Positions 13,405 through 26,486 of a DNA stretch of 64,000 nt are shown piece after piece. A program made the translations under genes and the position numbers. The stretch spans positions 28,954,001 through 29,018,000 of the forward strand of contig OX597821.1 in NCBI GenBank assembly GCA_951406725.2, given 5' to 3'. A model generated the notes under the pieces. That model did not search any database. It saw nothing but the letters and a program-made list of their open reading frames with translations, and was not told the DNA's origin. Source of the stretch: Octopus vulgaris. Lineage: Eukaryota. The number at the start of each line of letters is the position of its first letter. Position 1 is the first letter of the stretch.

Positions 13405-13607
13405 TGGCCAGCTGGCAGAATTGTTAAGCACAGAGGACAAAATGCTTAGCGGCATTTCGTTTCTTTTTATGTTCTGGGTTCAAATTTCGCTGAGGTCAAT
13501 TTTGGCATTCATCCTATCGGAGTCGATGAAATAAGTACCACTGGCGCCGATGAAACTGATTAATCCCCTGCCCTAAAATTTCAGGCCTTGTGCCAATCAT
13601 AGAAAGT
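13405..13607 (+). mobile_element. SINE family B
   Basis: GCTGGCAGAA..AAATGCTTAGCGGCATTTCG..GGTTCAAATT..TTCATCCT..GTCGAT.AAATAAGTACCA. Confidence 0.8.
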
Positions 13608-13608
13608 A

Positions 13609-13683
<75 letters not shown>

Positions 13684-13684
<1 letters not shown>

Positions 13685-14160
13685 TCATTTACGTACATTT
13701 GATTAGACTGTTGGAAACAAAAATCTTTAGATCGGCCTACAAGTAACTTAGATTCCCAAATCCTTCTTAAGTATCCTAGCTGCCCCCAATAATACTATTT
13801 TCTGGAGCTGTACTAGACTGAGTTTTATGTCTGTTTCCTCTATCCATCTACTCAAATCTTTAGGAATAGTTCCTAATACACTTATAACATTTTAGCCGCC
13901 GTGATACATTTTATCCGCACTTTACATAGCCTCGGTAACTCAAAGGCTAGGTGCTGACACTTTGCTATTTTTGTATGCCTCTGATATTGATTCCATATTT
14001 TTGAAACTAGGCAAATAAATTTAGAGGATGGGTGTTTAGTATTCTCTGCTACTACTAAATCATATCTTCTAACTTCTATTACTCTGTCAGTCTGAATGTT
14101 GAAATCTCACATCTTATATTTCTTACTTTCTAGTAATTTACTAGGTTCATCTTCGTAATA
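13684..14160 (-). pseudogene. 3' end of R4/Dong-type non-LTR retrotransposon (restriction-like endonuclease), decayed
   Basis: Minus strand reads YYEDEPSKLLESKKYKM*DFNIQTDRVIEVRRYDLVV, then ELPRLCK and LGTIPKDL; flanked by (AAT)n on both sides. Confidence 0.75.
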
Positions 14161-14176
14161 TTATTATTATTATTGA

Positions 14177-14216
<40 letters not shown>

Positions 14217-14226
14217 CATCATGACT

Positions 14227-14562
14227 CTATCCATCTACTCAAATCTTTAGCGAATAGTTCCTAATACACTTATAACATTTTAGCCGCCGTGATACATTTT
14301 ATCCGCACTTTACATAGCCTCCAGAGGTGAACTTCAAACCCCAAAGCTAGGTGCTGACACTTTGCTATATTTGTATGCCTCTCAGATATTGATTCCATAT
14401 TTTTAAGAAACTAGGCAAATAAATTTAGAGGATGGGTGTTTAGTATTCTCTGCTACTACTAAATCATATCTTCTAACTTCTATTACTCTGTCAGTCTGAA
14501 TGTTGAAATCTCACATCTTATATTTCTTACTTTCTAGTAATTTACTAGGTTCATCTTCGTAA
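14227..14562 (-). repeat. Tandem duplicate of 13840-14160
   Basis: Near-identical sequence differing mainly by small indels. Confidence 0.9.
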
Positions 14563-14580
14563 TATTATTATTATTATTGA

Positions 14581-14631
<51 letters not shown>

Positions 14632-14732
14632 TATTACCATCATCATCATCATCATCATCATCACAATCATCATTATCATCATCATCATCATCATCATTAG
14701 CATCATCATTATCATCATCATCATCATCATCA

Positions 14733-14776
<44 letters not shown>

Positions 14777-14777
<1 letters not shown>

Positions 14778-15380
14778 CGGCGAGCTGGATAAGTCATTAG
14801 CACGCCGTGCAGAATGTTTAGCAACATTTCGTCTATCTCAACGTTCTGAGTTCAAATTCCGCCGTGGTAGACTTTGCTTTTCATTTTTTTCGGGGCTGAT
14901 GAATTAAGTGACAGTAAAACACCGGAGTCGATGCAATCGACTAGTTACCTCCCCACCAAATTTCAGGCATTGTGCCCATAGTAGAAATGATTATTATCAT
15001 AATGAAGGCACCGAACTGGCGGACTCGTTACTGTACCCGATAAAATGCACAGCGGCATTTCTTCCGGCGAGCTGGCAGAAACGTTAGCACGTCGGGCGAA
15101 ATGCTTAGCGGTATTTCGTCTGCCATTACGTTCTGGGTTCAAATTCCGCCGAGGTCGACTTTGCCTTTCATCCTTTAGGGGTCGATAAATTAAGTACCAG
15201 TTACGCATTGGGGTCGATGTAATCGACTTTATACCTATGTTTGTACCTATGTTTATACCTTGTTTGTCCCCTCTATGTTTAGCCCCTTGTGGGAAATAAA
15301 GAAATAGGCATTTCTTCCGGCGTTATGTCCTGACGAGGCTGACTTTACCTTTCATCCGTTCAAGTAAAATTAATTACCAG
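14777..15380 (+). mobile_element. Tandem/nested cluster of SINE family B copies
   Basis: Heads at about 14777, 15007 and 15066; the 15066-15308 copy is complete with tail TTTAGCCCCTTGTGGG.AATAAAGAAATAGG and interrupts the 15007 copy. Confidence 0.85.
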
Positions 15381-15383
15381 TAT

Positions 15384-15930
15384 AGGCGCATGAGTGGCTG
15401 TGTGGTAAGTAGCTTGCTTACCGACCACATAGTTCTGGGTTCAGTCCCACTGCGTGGCACCTTGGGCAAGTGTCTTCTACTATAGCCTCGCGCCGACCAA
15501 AGCCTTGTCAGTGGATTTGGTAGATGAAAACTGAAAGAAGCCCGTCGTATACATGTATATATATATCTGACTGGTAAGTAGCTTGCTTACAAACCACATG
15601 GTTCTGGGTTCAGTCCCACTTGGACAAGTGTCTTCTACTATAGCCTCGACCAAAGCCTTGTGAGTGAATTTGGTAGACGGAAACTAAATGAAGCACATCG
15701 TATATATATATATATATGGATGGATGGATGGATGTGTGTGTGTGTATATGTTTGTGTGTCTGTGTTCCTCCAACCAACATTGCTTGACGACCGTAACCTA
15801 GCGGTTCGGCAAAAGAAAACGATAGAATAAGTACAAGGCTTACAAAGAATATGTCCTGGGGTCGATTTCTTCGACTCAAGCCGGTGCTCCATCATGGCCG
15901 CAGTCAAATAACTGAAAGAAGTAAAAGAGA
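15384..15930 (+). mobile_element. SINE family A with duplicated 5' half
   Basis: The TGGTAAGTAGCTTGCTTAC...GAAACT.AA.GAAGC block occurs twice before a single tail. Confidence 0.85.
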
Positions 15931-17392
15931 GTTGAGCTCTGATGATCATGTAATCGATGTACCCCTTTCCCAAAATGCCTATAGCAGAAAAGAAAAGATT
16001 ATTATTATTGTTGTTGTTGTTGTTGTTTTTGATAAGCATATTGCCTTGCATGTAATTTCCTGCCTCCCTTCTATCTGATAAAACTTGTGCGAACTATATC
16101 ACAAATATACAATTATTTTTTCGTTTCATTCTAGTTTTTATTGCAATTACTAAGCACCCTTTATAGAGATATATTATCAAAACAATATATATATATATTT
16201 ATATATTGTTCGCATATACGTCAAAGCAAATATACTATGATTGCGATTACTTTGTCCTAATTAAACCTGTGTCAGGTAGTACGATTGGACGTTCAGTCTT
16301 TAGGAATTCTAGATGAACTGAAGATTTCATCATGAAACAGAAAACTGATGAAAGAGATATGAGGAATTTTATGTTTGTGCGTAATTTTGGCTCTAGCTAT
16401 TTACGTGTGTATATATTTGAGTGTATGTGCTGAGTATAAATGTATATAAGTATATATGCATGTACGTATGTAGATATATGTGCGTGTGCGTCTGTGTATG
16501 TGTAGTTATATATATAGATACATACACACACATATATATACATATATATATATATACATATATACATATATACTTATATACATATATTCATATATATATA
16601 TATATGTATAGAACTATACATACATATATATATATAACTATACATCCATATATAAGGTATAAATGTATATATATAACTACACACACACATATATATGCAT
16701 ATACATACATGCATATATACTTATATGCATATATATATATATGTATATGTATATGTATGTATATATATGTATACATATATATGTGTGTGTGTGTATAGTT
16801 ATACACATAAAAATTATTCTTGTTTTTGTTGCTGTTATAAAACTATCAACTTGCATGTAATTTCCTGGCACATGTATGTATATATATATATATATACACA
16901 CGTTTATTTTATACATATACATATACATGTGCGTATGTATGTTTCATACATGCATTTGAAGAATAAAATATGAATAGGTATGTACTAAGTAGACACATAT
17001 GTACCTATGAAGGTGTGTCGTAATTCATCTGAGGCATTTTCATTCACTGACACCGGTTATTAGTTACGATATTTATGTATATATGCATTCAGATATGTAT
17101 GTATGCATATGTATATATGTGTATACATATATGTGTGTAGGGATATATATATATGGATGTATGAATGTTTGTGCGTATGTATATAAGTATGTACGCATAT
17201 ATACATACATATATATGTGTGTGTGTTATGTATGTATTTATATATACATATGTATACAGATGTATGTAATAACCAAATATGTGCCTCTGCTCACATGTCT
17301 GTGTTTGTTTGTGAGCGTGTGTGTGTGTTCGTGTGTATGGGTGAGTGTGTGTCTACTCTGTGTATATGTGTATGTCGTAATGTTTTGGACCA

Positions 17393-17443
<51 letters not shown>

Positions 17444-17598
17444 GTATATATATATATATACGTACATATATATATATATACAGATATACGGATAAATATA
17501 TATACATACATATATATAACTATATATGTATATATATATATACGTACATATATATATATATACAGATATACGGATAAATATATATACATACATATATA

Positions 17599-17665
<67 letters not shown>

Positions 17666-18681
17666 TATCGTTTCGATTCACAGACCGGTGATACGCTGTG
17701 ATCTTGAGCAACTGCTTCGTTTTGCGTTAGTCCAGTCGATTCGTTTGTAAAACAGGTAACTCTGCGATGGCCCAACGGTACGTTCAGGGTGAATGCGGCT
17801 CTGCTCACCTACCCAGCGTGTCAGCCTCGTGTGTAAGATACCATAACGGAAAATAAACCAAATTGTGATCACTGGTGTATAACCTAATCCGATATCCTGG
17901 TATATACAGTGATGAGTGTGTGTCTGTATATGCGTGTGTGTCAGTGTGTGTCTATATGTATGAATAGATGTACCTATATATATGTGTGTGTGTATGTATG
18001 TGTGTGCGTGCGTGTGTTTGTGTGTGCGTGTATTCATATAATTACATGCGTATAGATAAATATATGCATGTTCCCACATGTAAGTGTGAGTATGTGCGTG
18101 TGTTTGTGGGTATACTGTATGTGTATGTGTTTGTGTGTGTACTGTATGTGTCTGTTTTGCTCTAGTATGTACGTTCTCTTCTGTTTTTTTAATCATTTAA
18201 ATCCTTTCCCTGTGGTTTTTAGTACATATGTTTGTGTTTATAATTATGTATATTTTGGGATGATTTCCTCCTCTCATGTCTTATTACCAGTCTGCATTTG
18301 ATCTGATCATTACGTTAGAGATCACAAGAGCAGATCAAACTCGGATTTTATTAAGCCGTTCGCTTCTCGGATCAAAATTGTCTAATATCGTAACGATCAC
18401 TACAATCTCTAATTTCAGAATATCAGATGACGGTCATTTGATGCCATTGCACTTAAAAACTTAACTCAGTAACCGCCCGCTATCATTTTATCTCTAGCAA
18501 TGATTCTAGCAACAGTTCTAATGCAAAAATATCTTTGCCCAATTTCAAATAGGCAACATTTGTACGATTCAAGAATACTTAGTTGATACACTCATTTTCA
18601 ATTGATTTTTCACTTGAGACATCTCTTAAATCTTCAGGCATAACTTTTATTGTACTGATTTGATTCTATGTAAATCTAAGA

Positions 18682-18925
18682 CAGAGGTACTCAACCGGCG
18701 TCCATATTGCTCTTCGAAGTCCATATAAGATTTTGTTGTAAAAATGTATGTACAATACATTGTTTATACTTCTACAATACGCATAATATATTTTTTTTAA
18801 ATAATATTTAGTTGTAAAAATACAGTTGGATGTTTATTATACACATCGAATGTCTTCGGCGGTCCAGTAGCGTAAAATAGGAATCGAAGGGACCCATGGG
18901 CACAAAAGAGTCAAAAGTCACAGAT
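18682..18925. mobile_element. Degenerate hAT (Charlie-like) MITE
   Basis: Begins CAGAGGTACTCAACC, resembling hAT/Charlie termini; right end poorly conserved. Confidence 0.4.
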
Positions 18926-18949
18926 CTAGGTCTTCTTGCAGTCTACAAT

Positions 18950-19830
18950 TATTTATCAGTGCACCGGTTCCAACGCCAAATATCTCTACATTTGTCATAT
19001 TTTCTGACAGATTTACACATTTTTCTTTGGGTTAAAGCGGAGATGACTTAACAGAATTTTCAAAAATAGTAAGTCCAGTGATTATTGGAGTAGTTTGGTG
19101 GAAATCTCCTTCAAGCAAAAGAATGTTTCCATCAAAGGGTATATAATACATTTTAAAACAAAATTCGTTTTGAGTGTAAGTCAAAGACTCGAGGAATGTT
19201 AGCAGAGAGCATCGAATCATCCACAATGTGTAGACAGAGTCTAGTATTCTTTCAAACTGCTTAGGTGGTATTTTCTTGAGGAAAAAAATCGTTTCTACTT
19301 CAGGTTCCTCAGCTATTTATTTACTGCTCGATCATCACTTAAAAAATCTGCAGCAAAGCCTATTGTTATGTTGCAAACATTTTGTTCATAAGATTTTAAA
19401 TTGATGTATTCAATAAATACAACTTCCCTAACCAACAAAGAAATTATAAAAGATAACCTTGTGTTGCAATGTTTTTTACTAAAATAAGAAATCATAGAAG
19501 ATAACCTTGTGTTGCAACGTTTTTTGCTAAAATACATGTTACTGCACTTTAGTTTAACTTGACCTGACACCTGTCAAGATTTTGAATAATAGCAATATGA
19601 TCCTTTTTGCCATTTTTTCTGCATAAGAAAGTAAATAATTTGAAGAAGGTTGACCAAGGTCCTGACAACTTAATCTATGCACTGACAATGTTGTTTCTAC
19701 ATTATTCAATGTTTTTGTTTCGTTTTCTATAGTTAAACCTCTCGAGTTATCTCTAAGATAGTCTTCCATCATTTGGTCTTCAAGTATGCGATAAATCTCC
19801 CCTGGGAATGCTATGTGTATCCAACACACT
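18950..19830 (-). pseudogene. Helitron RepHel fragment (PIF1-like helicase region), decayed
   Basis: IPFDGNILLLEGDFHQTTPII resembles PIF1 motif PFGGK..L.GDFRQ.LPV; upstream MMEDY...LSCQDLGQP resembles the Helitron pre-helicase segment; stops and frameshifts. Confidence 0.75.
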
Positions 19831-20267
19831 TCTTAGTGTGCGCAGATTGATTTAGCTATGAAGGCAATTGCGTTAATGATGGTTCTCTCATACATATCTA
19901 CCATTTATCATCATTTTCAAGCCGGTTTCTTTTCAAAGCACATTGTTTATAGACGTTGCAAACAGTATGATCAACAGTTCATAGAGCGTCATAACTGGAA
20001 GCTCTTTTATTGTGAAGTAATAACCTTTAACAAAACGTTTCACTACATATCACTGTGTATGTATGTATGTAAGTATGTATGTATGTATGTATGTATGTAT
20101 GTATGTATGTATGTATGTATGTATGTATGTATGCATGCATGTATGTATGTATGTATGTATGTATGTATGTATGTATGTATGTATGTATATGCATGTGAGC
20201 GTCCAATAATACCGTATTTGTTCCACGTCCTCGCGTTGTTGTGTTTTTTGTGCTTTCATGTTTGGAT

Positions 20268-20334
<67 letters not shown>

Positions 20335-20649
20335 TCCCAAACACTACGACATAGACATACGCATAGAGTGCGCACACACTCACCCATACACACAAACACA
20401 CACACACTCACAAACAAACATATCATCATAGAATAAACAAACTACATATCACAGAATAAAATTTCGATGTAACCCTGTCCACTTCTCTCTTGAGAGAATT
20501 CCACATAATTTTACAACAAAATACGTGATGATTCAGAATATCGGGATAATTTATTTAACTGGGCATTAACTTTTAGTTCTATCTATATGTATCTATACGT
20601 AATGACATGACCCAGCTTATAGTCGCTTTATCATTCTCCGTAAACATTT

Positions 20650-20687
<38 letters not shown>

Positions 20688-20799
20688 GTTTTCCACTGGT
20701 ATTTCATAATCATAGCAATGCTTCTAGTGGATGCATGCCACAACAATGTCAATCCATTAGTTGCATGTTTTCATAGTTAAGACTGGATAACCTTTGAAA

Positions 20800-21010
20800 C
20801 AATGTGGGACGCACAGCGGGAAGTACACAGTGACTAATCTAAAAGCATTATCTGCCTTAATGCTCGCATCCGGGATCATCAACTTACCATCCAGGCCCAG
20901 GCAGATCATCTGTACCTCGAGATCCAGGCCTTTGCAAAACAGCACTGCCACCCGCCTCCCAGGTCGAGCCAGATATGTGTAGATCCTAAAATCGTGCATC
21001 CCAACCGTGC
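20800..21010 (-). pseudogene. L1/Tx1-clade AP-endonuclease fragment
   Basis: RRVAVLF...DGKLM..D......FRLVTVYFP fits the GVA.L / GR / .VYAP motifs of LINE APE domains. Confidence 0.6.
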
Positions 21011-21312
21011 ATATTCTGCAATTACTGATATTCTGCTTAGTGTAATATATTTGGTGTTCCTGGGGATGCAGCTTTGATCCTGGGCTGCAATCAGGAATCG
21101 TCCAGTTTCGGCTTTTGAACCATAAGTTTCGCAGCCAGTTTTACGAATATTTTCTCATTACGTCTACTCTGTACATGTTTTTCAGGGGTCGGATATGTGG
21201 GGTTTTTCTTGCCATCATTTTGTGGCATTCTGTAACTTCCTTTTGGCCTAAATCTTAACATTTTCATGATTCTTTTTACCGTTTCTTTCTTTCCGCCATA
21301 ACTCCAGATATT

Positions 21313-21347
<35 letters not shown>

Positions 21348-21456
21348 TTACTTTTTTTGTTTCTTTAAATAAAACAGAAAATAGCATGTTTTTTCTCCGC
21401 TATTCTTTAGTAAATAGTTAACAACCCTACATTGAATAATTTTTTATATAGTTGCA

Positions 21457-21860
21457 GGCGCAGGAGTGGCTGTGTGGTAAGAAGCTTGCTAACCAACCAC
21501 ATGGTTCCGGGTTCAGTCCCACTGCGTGGCATCTTGGGCAAGTGTCTTCTGCTATAGCTCTGGGCCGACCAATGCCTTGTGAGTGGATTTGGTAGACGGA
21601 AACTGAAAGAAGCCTGTCGTATATATGTATATATATATGTGTGTGTGTATGTCTGTGTTTGTCCCCCTAGCATTGCTTGACAACCGATGCTGGTGTGTTT
21701 ACGTCCCTGTCACTTAGCGGTTCGGCAAAAGAGACCGATAGAATAAGTACTGGGCTTACAAAGAATAAGTCCCGGGGTCGATTTGCTCGACTAAAGGCGG
21801 TGCTCCAGCATGGCCGCAGTCAAATGACTGAAACAAGTAAAGGAATAAAAGAATAAAGAA
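21457..21860 (+). mobile_element. SINE family A, full-length young copy
   Basis: GGCGCAGGAGTGGCTGTGTGG (box A), GGTTCAGTCCC (box B), CORE-like CTTGGGCAAGT, internal (TA)(TG)n, A-rich tail; highly similar to 27955, 47065 and 58314. Confidence 0.95.
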
Positions 21861-22490
21861 TATACGGCTTCTACGGTAAATGTAACCTTCCCATTTTAAA
21901 TTTTGGGTGCTCTATTCAAAATGTAGTTTTCGTTTTCTATATTCTTATTAGTTCTTTCAGTGTTTAAGATGAAAATATTGTATCTATAAAATAACTGGGG
22001 AAGTTATTGTATTAATGCTTAACGCCTTATGTTTTTTCCACACAGCTCTGCCTTAAATATTAATCGAATGCATCTATAAACATTCATTCATTTTTCTTCA
22101 TTCTGTTTTGCATACGCTACACTCTCTAGTTCATTAAATAAGCATGTGTATGTGTTTTATCTAATTTTCTGCTCTCACATTCTTTATCGAACATAATATT
22201 AGATTTATTAATCATATTACCTTTATAAGGTTTCCTTGGTGCTTTTTTTCTAATCTAGATCTCAAATCAATTTCTTTGGAAATTTATGTAATATTTTCAA
22301 TAGTATTTCTAGTTTTTTTTTTTCTTCTCTAAGTCCAATCTTACTTAACATCTCAGCTATTTGCACTGGAAAGAGAAAAAGATTAAACATTACCTTAGAG
22401 AATTCTTTGTCTAATAGTGATAGGTCTATTGTTCATGTTTCATACTTCATTCTGCAAAATAATTTGCCATTTACACATGGCATGGCTTCA

Positions 22491-22550
<60 letters not shown>

Positions 22551-22552
<2 letters not shown>

Positions 22553-23089
22553 AGGCAGTGGCTCTCATGGCTTCTGATCTTAACTGATTGGAAGTGTTAT
22601 CCTGTACATTGTTTTGTCTTGGTATGAGAGATGGGCTACAGCAAATATTCTGCTCAATACCACATATTTGCTTGTCAGTTGTTTGACCTTAACCAGTTGA
22701 GCATGTCCCTTAGTGGCTGACGATATGTGCATCTCTGATCACGAGCAGAAGTAGTGGGGGAGCATCATAGCCATATGTTGAGAGGGATCCTTTGGGGTTT
22801 GAATAATTCACCGCTGGAAACATGGGTGTTTCGTTCAACATCCTTAAACAACCCTTATTCAGGGACCTTTTGAGCAGAATGGGCTACTCGACCAGAAGAA
22901 AATTCTAACTGGGCCCCACCTGCAAGGTCATGCGCTGTGTATCTTCATATGAGATCACCATGTCGCGCACATATGGTTGTGATGCATGTGCCTAGTGTAC
23001 CCTTATCAGACGGGTAGTCATGATGGGTGTACTGGGTTTCGTATATTTTACTCCAGTGTCACTTTGATGGCATGCACTGCTCTCTCACT
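22551..23089 (+). mobile_element. Family D: ~540-bp non-coding interspersed repeat embedded in (AAT)n
   Basis: Flanked by (AAT)n on both sides; partial copies at 23253-23450 (+) and 35440-35622 (-). Confidence 0.75.
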
Positions 23090-23160
23090 CAATAATAATA
23101 ATAATTAAAATAATAATAATAATAATAATAATAATGATAATAATGATAATTATAATAATA

Positions 23161-23250
<90 letters not shown>

Positions 23251-23454
23251 TACCAGGCAGTGGTTCTCATGGCTTCTGATATGTGAATCTCTGATCACGA
23301 GCAGAAGTAGTGGGGGAGAATCATAGCCATGTTTTGAGAGGAATCTGAGGGTATTTGGATAATTCACCTCTGGAAACTTGGGTGTTTCGTTCAATATCCT
23401 TAAACAGCACTTATTCGGAGACCTTTTGAGCAGGATGGGCTACTCCTGCAAGAG

Positions 23455-23702
23455 ATTGTGAGATTGAGCGTGACACAGGCTGGCCCTTTGAAATACAAGC
23501 ACATCAGAAACAAGAAGAAGGAGTGAAAGAAAGTTGTGGTGAGAAAGTACAGCAGGGCTCGCCACCACCCCTGCCAGAGCCCCATGGATCTTTAAGGGTT
23601 TTCGCTCGATAAACATTCACAACGCCCGGTCTGAGAATCGAAACCGCGATCGTATGACCGCGTATCCGCTGCTGTAACCACTGAGCCATTGCGACTCCAC
23701 AC
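23455..23702 (-). mobile_element. SINE family F (tRNA head)
   Basis: Minus strand TGGAGTCGCAATGGCTCAGTGGTTA...GGTTTCGATTCTCAGACCGGGCGTTGTG; same head as 31727. Confidence 0.8.
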
Positions 23703-23763
23703 ATAATTGTATACATATGTACTGAAAAGAACTGTAATCACCCGAAAGAAGCGATCGATAAAG

Positions 23764-23813
23764 CCTTATACTGATCAGTCAGTTTCGGCTAATTCCATGG
23801 CCTCATCAGTAGG
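23764..23813 (-). ncRNA. Type I hammerhead ribozyme, complete core
   Basis: Minus strand CCTA-CTGATGA-GGC CATGGAATTA GCC-GAAA-CTGA CTGA TCAG-TA-TAAGG: all core nucleotides present, GUA cleavage triplet, three stems. Confidence 0.8.
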
Positions 23814-24419
23814 ATCCCCTGAAAGAAAACTGCATTTGTATTCCTGTGACATTCGGGTCACAACTGTCAACAATTATGAAGGTTATTTCCATCAGCAGTG
23901 GCAGCAGCATCACCATCATTATCATCACCATCATCACCAGCAGCAGTAGCAGAAGCGTTGTTAAGTGAAACAGTGTGGCTGCGCTAGAAGAGTGAGGAAT
24001 GATTTCAGAACAGACGTTTCAGAGCAAGAATTTTGGTGCCACTTATGTGGTGGCATTGGTGATATCGTCGATGACCGCTTTGCCTCTTTGATATAAGCTT
24101 TTTAATCTTTCTCTCGTGTCGCTCCTACTTCTCTCCATCTCTCTATCTCTCTCTGTCTGTGTATCTATTTATCTATTTCTCACTCTCACTCTCTCCATTT
24201 CTCTTTCTCTCCTTTTCCTCTCTCTTTCACCATAAATCACTGTCGCCAAAACAAGCTGCCTGTCCAATTAGCCATGCTGGATCGTCAGCGTCCAAGCAGC
24301 GGCTGCCGGTCTCCTCGTCACGTTCCAAGAAATCATTTAAACTAAAAATATCGCCATGATCATTACTTTTAAAACGGGAATCGTTGCAATGGACGTGATC
24401 TCATTATAGTCATTATCGT

Positions 24420-24455
24420 TGCAGTCATCGTTCGTCGTTGTCGTGATCATCATCC

Positions 24456-24493
<38 letters not shown>

Positions 24494-24562
24494 GTCGTCG
24501 TCTTCTTCTTCTTCTTCTTCTTCTTCTTCTTCTTCTTCTTCTTCTTCTTCTTCTTCTTCATT

Positions 24563-24601
<39 letters not shown>

Positions 24602-24634
24602 TTCTTCTTCTTCATCATCATCATCTTCTTCATT

Positions 24635-24700
<66 letters not shown>

Positions 24701-24739
24701 TTCTTCTTCTTCTTCATCATCATCTTCATTATCATCATT

Positions 24740-24778
<39 letters not shown>

Positions 24779-24795
24779 TTCATCATCATCAACTT

Positions 24796-24853
<58 letters not shown>

Positions 24854-24870
24854 TTCATCATCATCAACTT

Positions 24871-24919
<49 letters not shown>

Positions 24920-24952
24920 TTCTTCTTCTTCTTCATCATCATCTTCTTCATT

Positions 24953-24997
<45 letters not shown>

Positions 24998-25588
24998 TTC
25001 ATCATCATCATCTTCTCATTCATCATCATCATCATCATCTTCATCATCATCATCGACATCTTTTTCATAACCGTCATCGGCGACCACCTCCTCGTCTATC
25101 GCGCCCACCTCTTCATTTTCCTCTTTTCTCTTCTTTCTCCCTCTCCTCCCCCTCCTACTCATCACCAACATGCACCTTCTCCTTATCACCACCATCATCA
25201 TCATCATCATCTTCGTCGTCGGCGGCGGCGGCGGCGTCATTGTGACCATCATTACAATTTTCATTTGTACAATTACAATTTCTCAAAATTGAAAAATCTG
25301 CAAAGAAAGAAAGAAATAGCCATTATTGTCAGCGATGTTGTCATCGTCATCTTCTTAACAAACAAATAAAAAAGCAATGATGTCGAAACAGTTGTATTGT
25401 CATCAACGTCATCGTCATTATTTTCATTACCGTTTTTGAAAATTAGCGTTTTCATTGTCAATCACCATCACCGTCATCATCATCTTTATCAATCGTCGTC
25501 CCTATCAACATCATCATCATCATCGTCGTCATCATCAGCATCATCATCATCATCATCATCATCGTCATCATCATCATCATCATCATCG

Positions 25589-25620
<32 letters not shown>

Positions 25621-25654
25621 GTCGTCATCATCATCATCATCATCGTCGTCGTCG

Positions 25655-25692
<38 letters not shown>

Positions 25693-26092
25693 GTCATCAT
25701 CAACATCAACGTCGTCGCCATCACCATCATCATCATCATCATCATTACTAACACTGACCATCCTCAGCATCATCATCATCGTCGTCATGGGCAGCGGCGG
25801 TGGCGGCGTCGCCAGCACCGTCACATTTATCGTCGTCGTCATCATCATCACCATCGTTGTGGTCGTCGTCATTGTCGTCATCATTATCATCATCATCATC
25901 ATCTTCGCCCTCATCATCGTTATTTTAGAATATGTTCTCTCAGATTATTCAGGGATTTGCATTTCTTTTATTTCCTCTTCTTTGCCTTCTACTTCTTGTT
26001 CTTGTTCCCCTTCTCCTCCTCTTCTCCCTCTTCTTCTGTTCCTTCTTCTTCTTCTTCTTCTTAGTATTATTATTATTATCATTATTATTATA

Positions 26093-26160
<68 letters not shown>

Positions 26161-26325
26161 CTTCATCATTATTTTATCATTATTAATATTATTATTATTA
26201 TTATTATTATTACTACTACTACTACTACTACTATTATTTTATCATTATTACTATTATTTTATCATTATTAATATGATTATCATTATTATTATTATTATTA
26301 TTATTATTAATATTATTATTATTAA

Positions 26326-26395
<70 letters not shown>

Positions 26396-26432
26396 ATTAT
26401 TATTAATATTATTATTATTATTATTAATATTA

Positions 26433-26485
<53 letters not shown>

Positions 26486-26486
26486 G
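24420..26486. repeat. Compound trinucleotide microsatellite field (ATC/TTC/GTC/ATT)n
   Basis: Direct observation; source of the poly-I/M/S/H/D ORFs. Confidence 0.95.

Noticed and set aside
17678-17910. Possible host exon (GC-richer, ORF 17678-18196)
   Set aside because: Plus strand shows a SINE B-box (GTTTCGATTC) and a CORE-like segment; no recognisable protein
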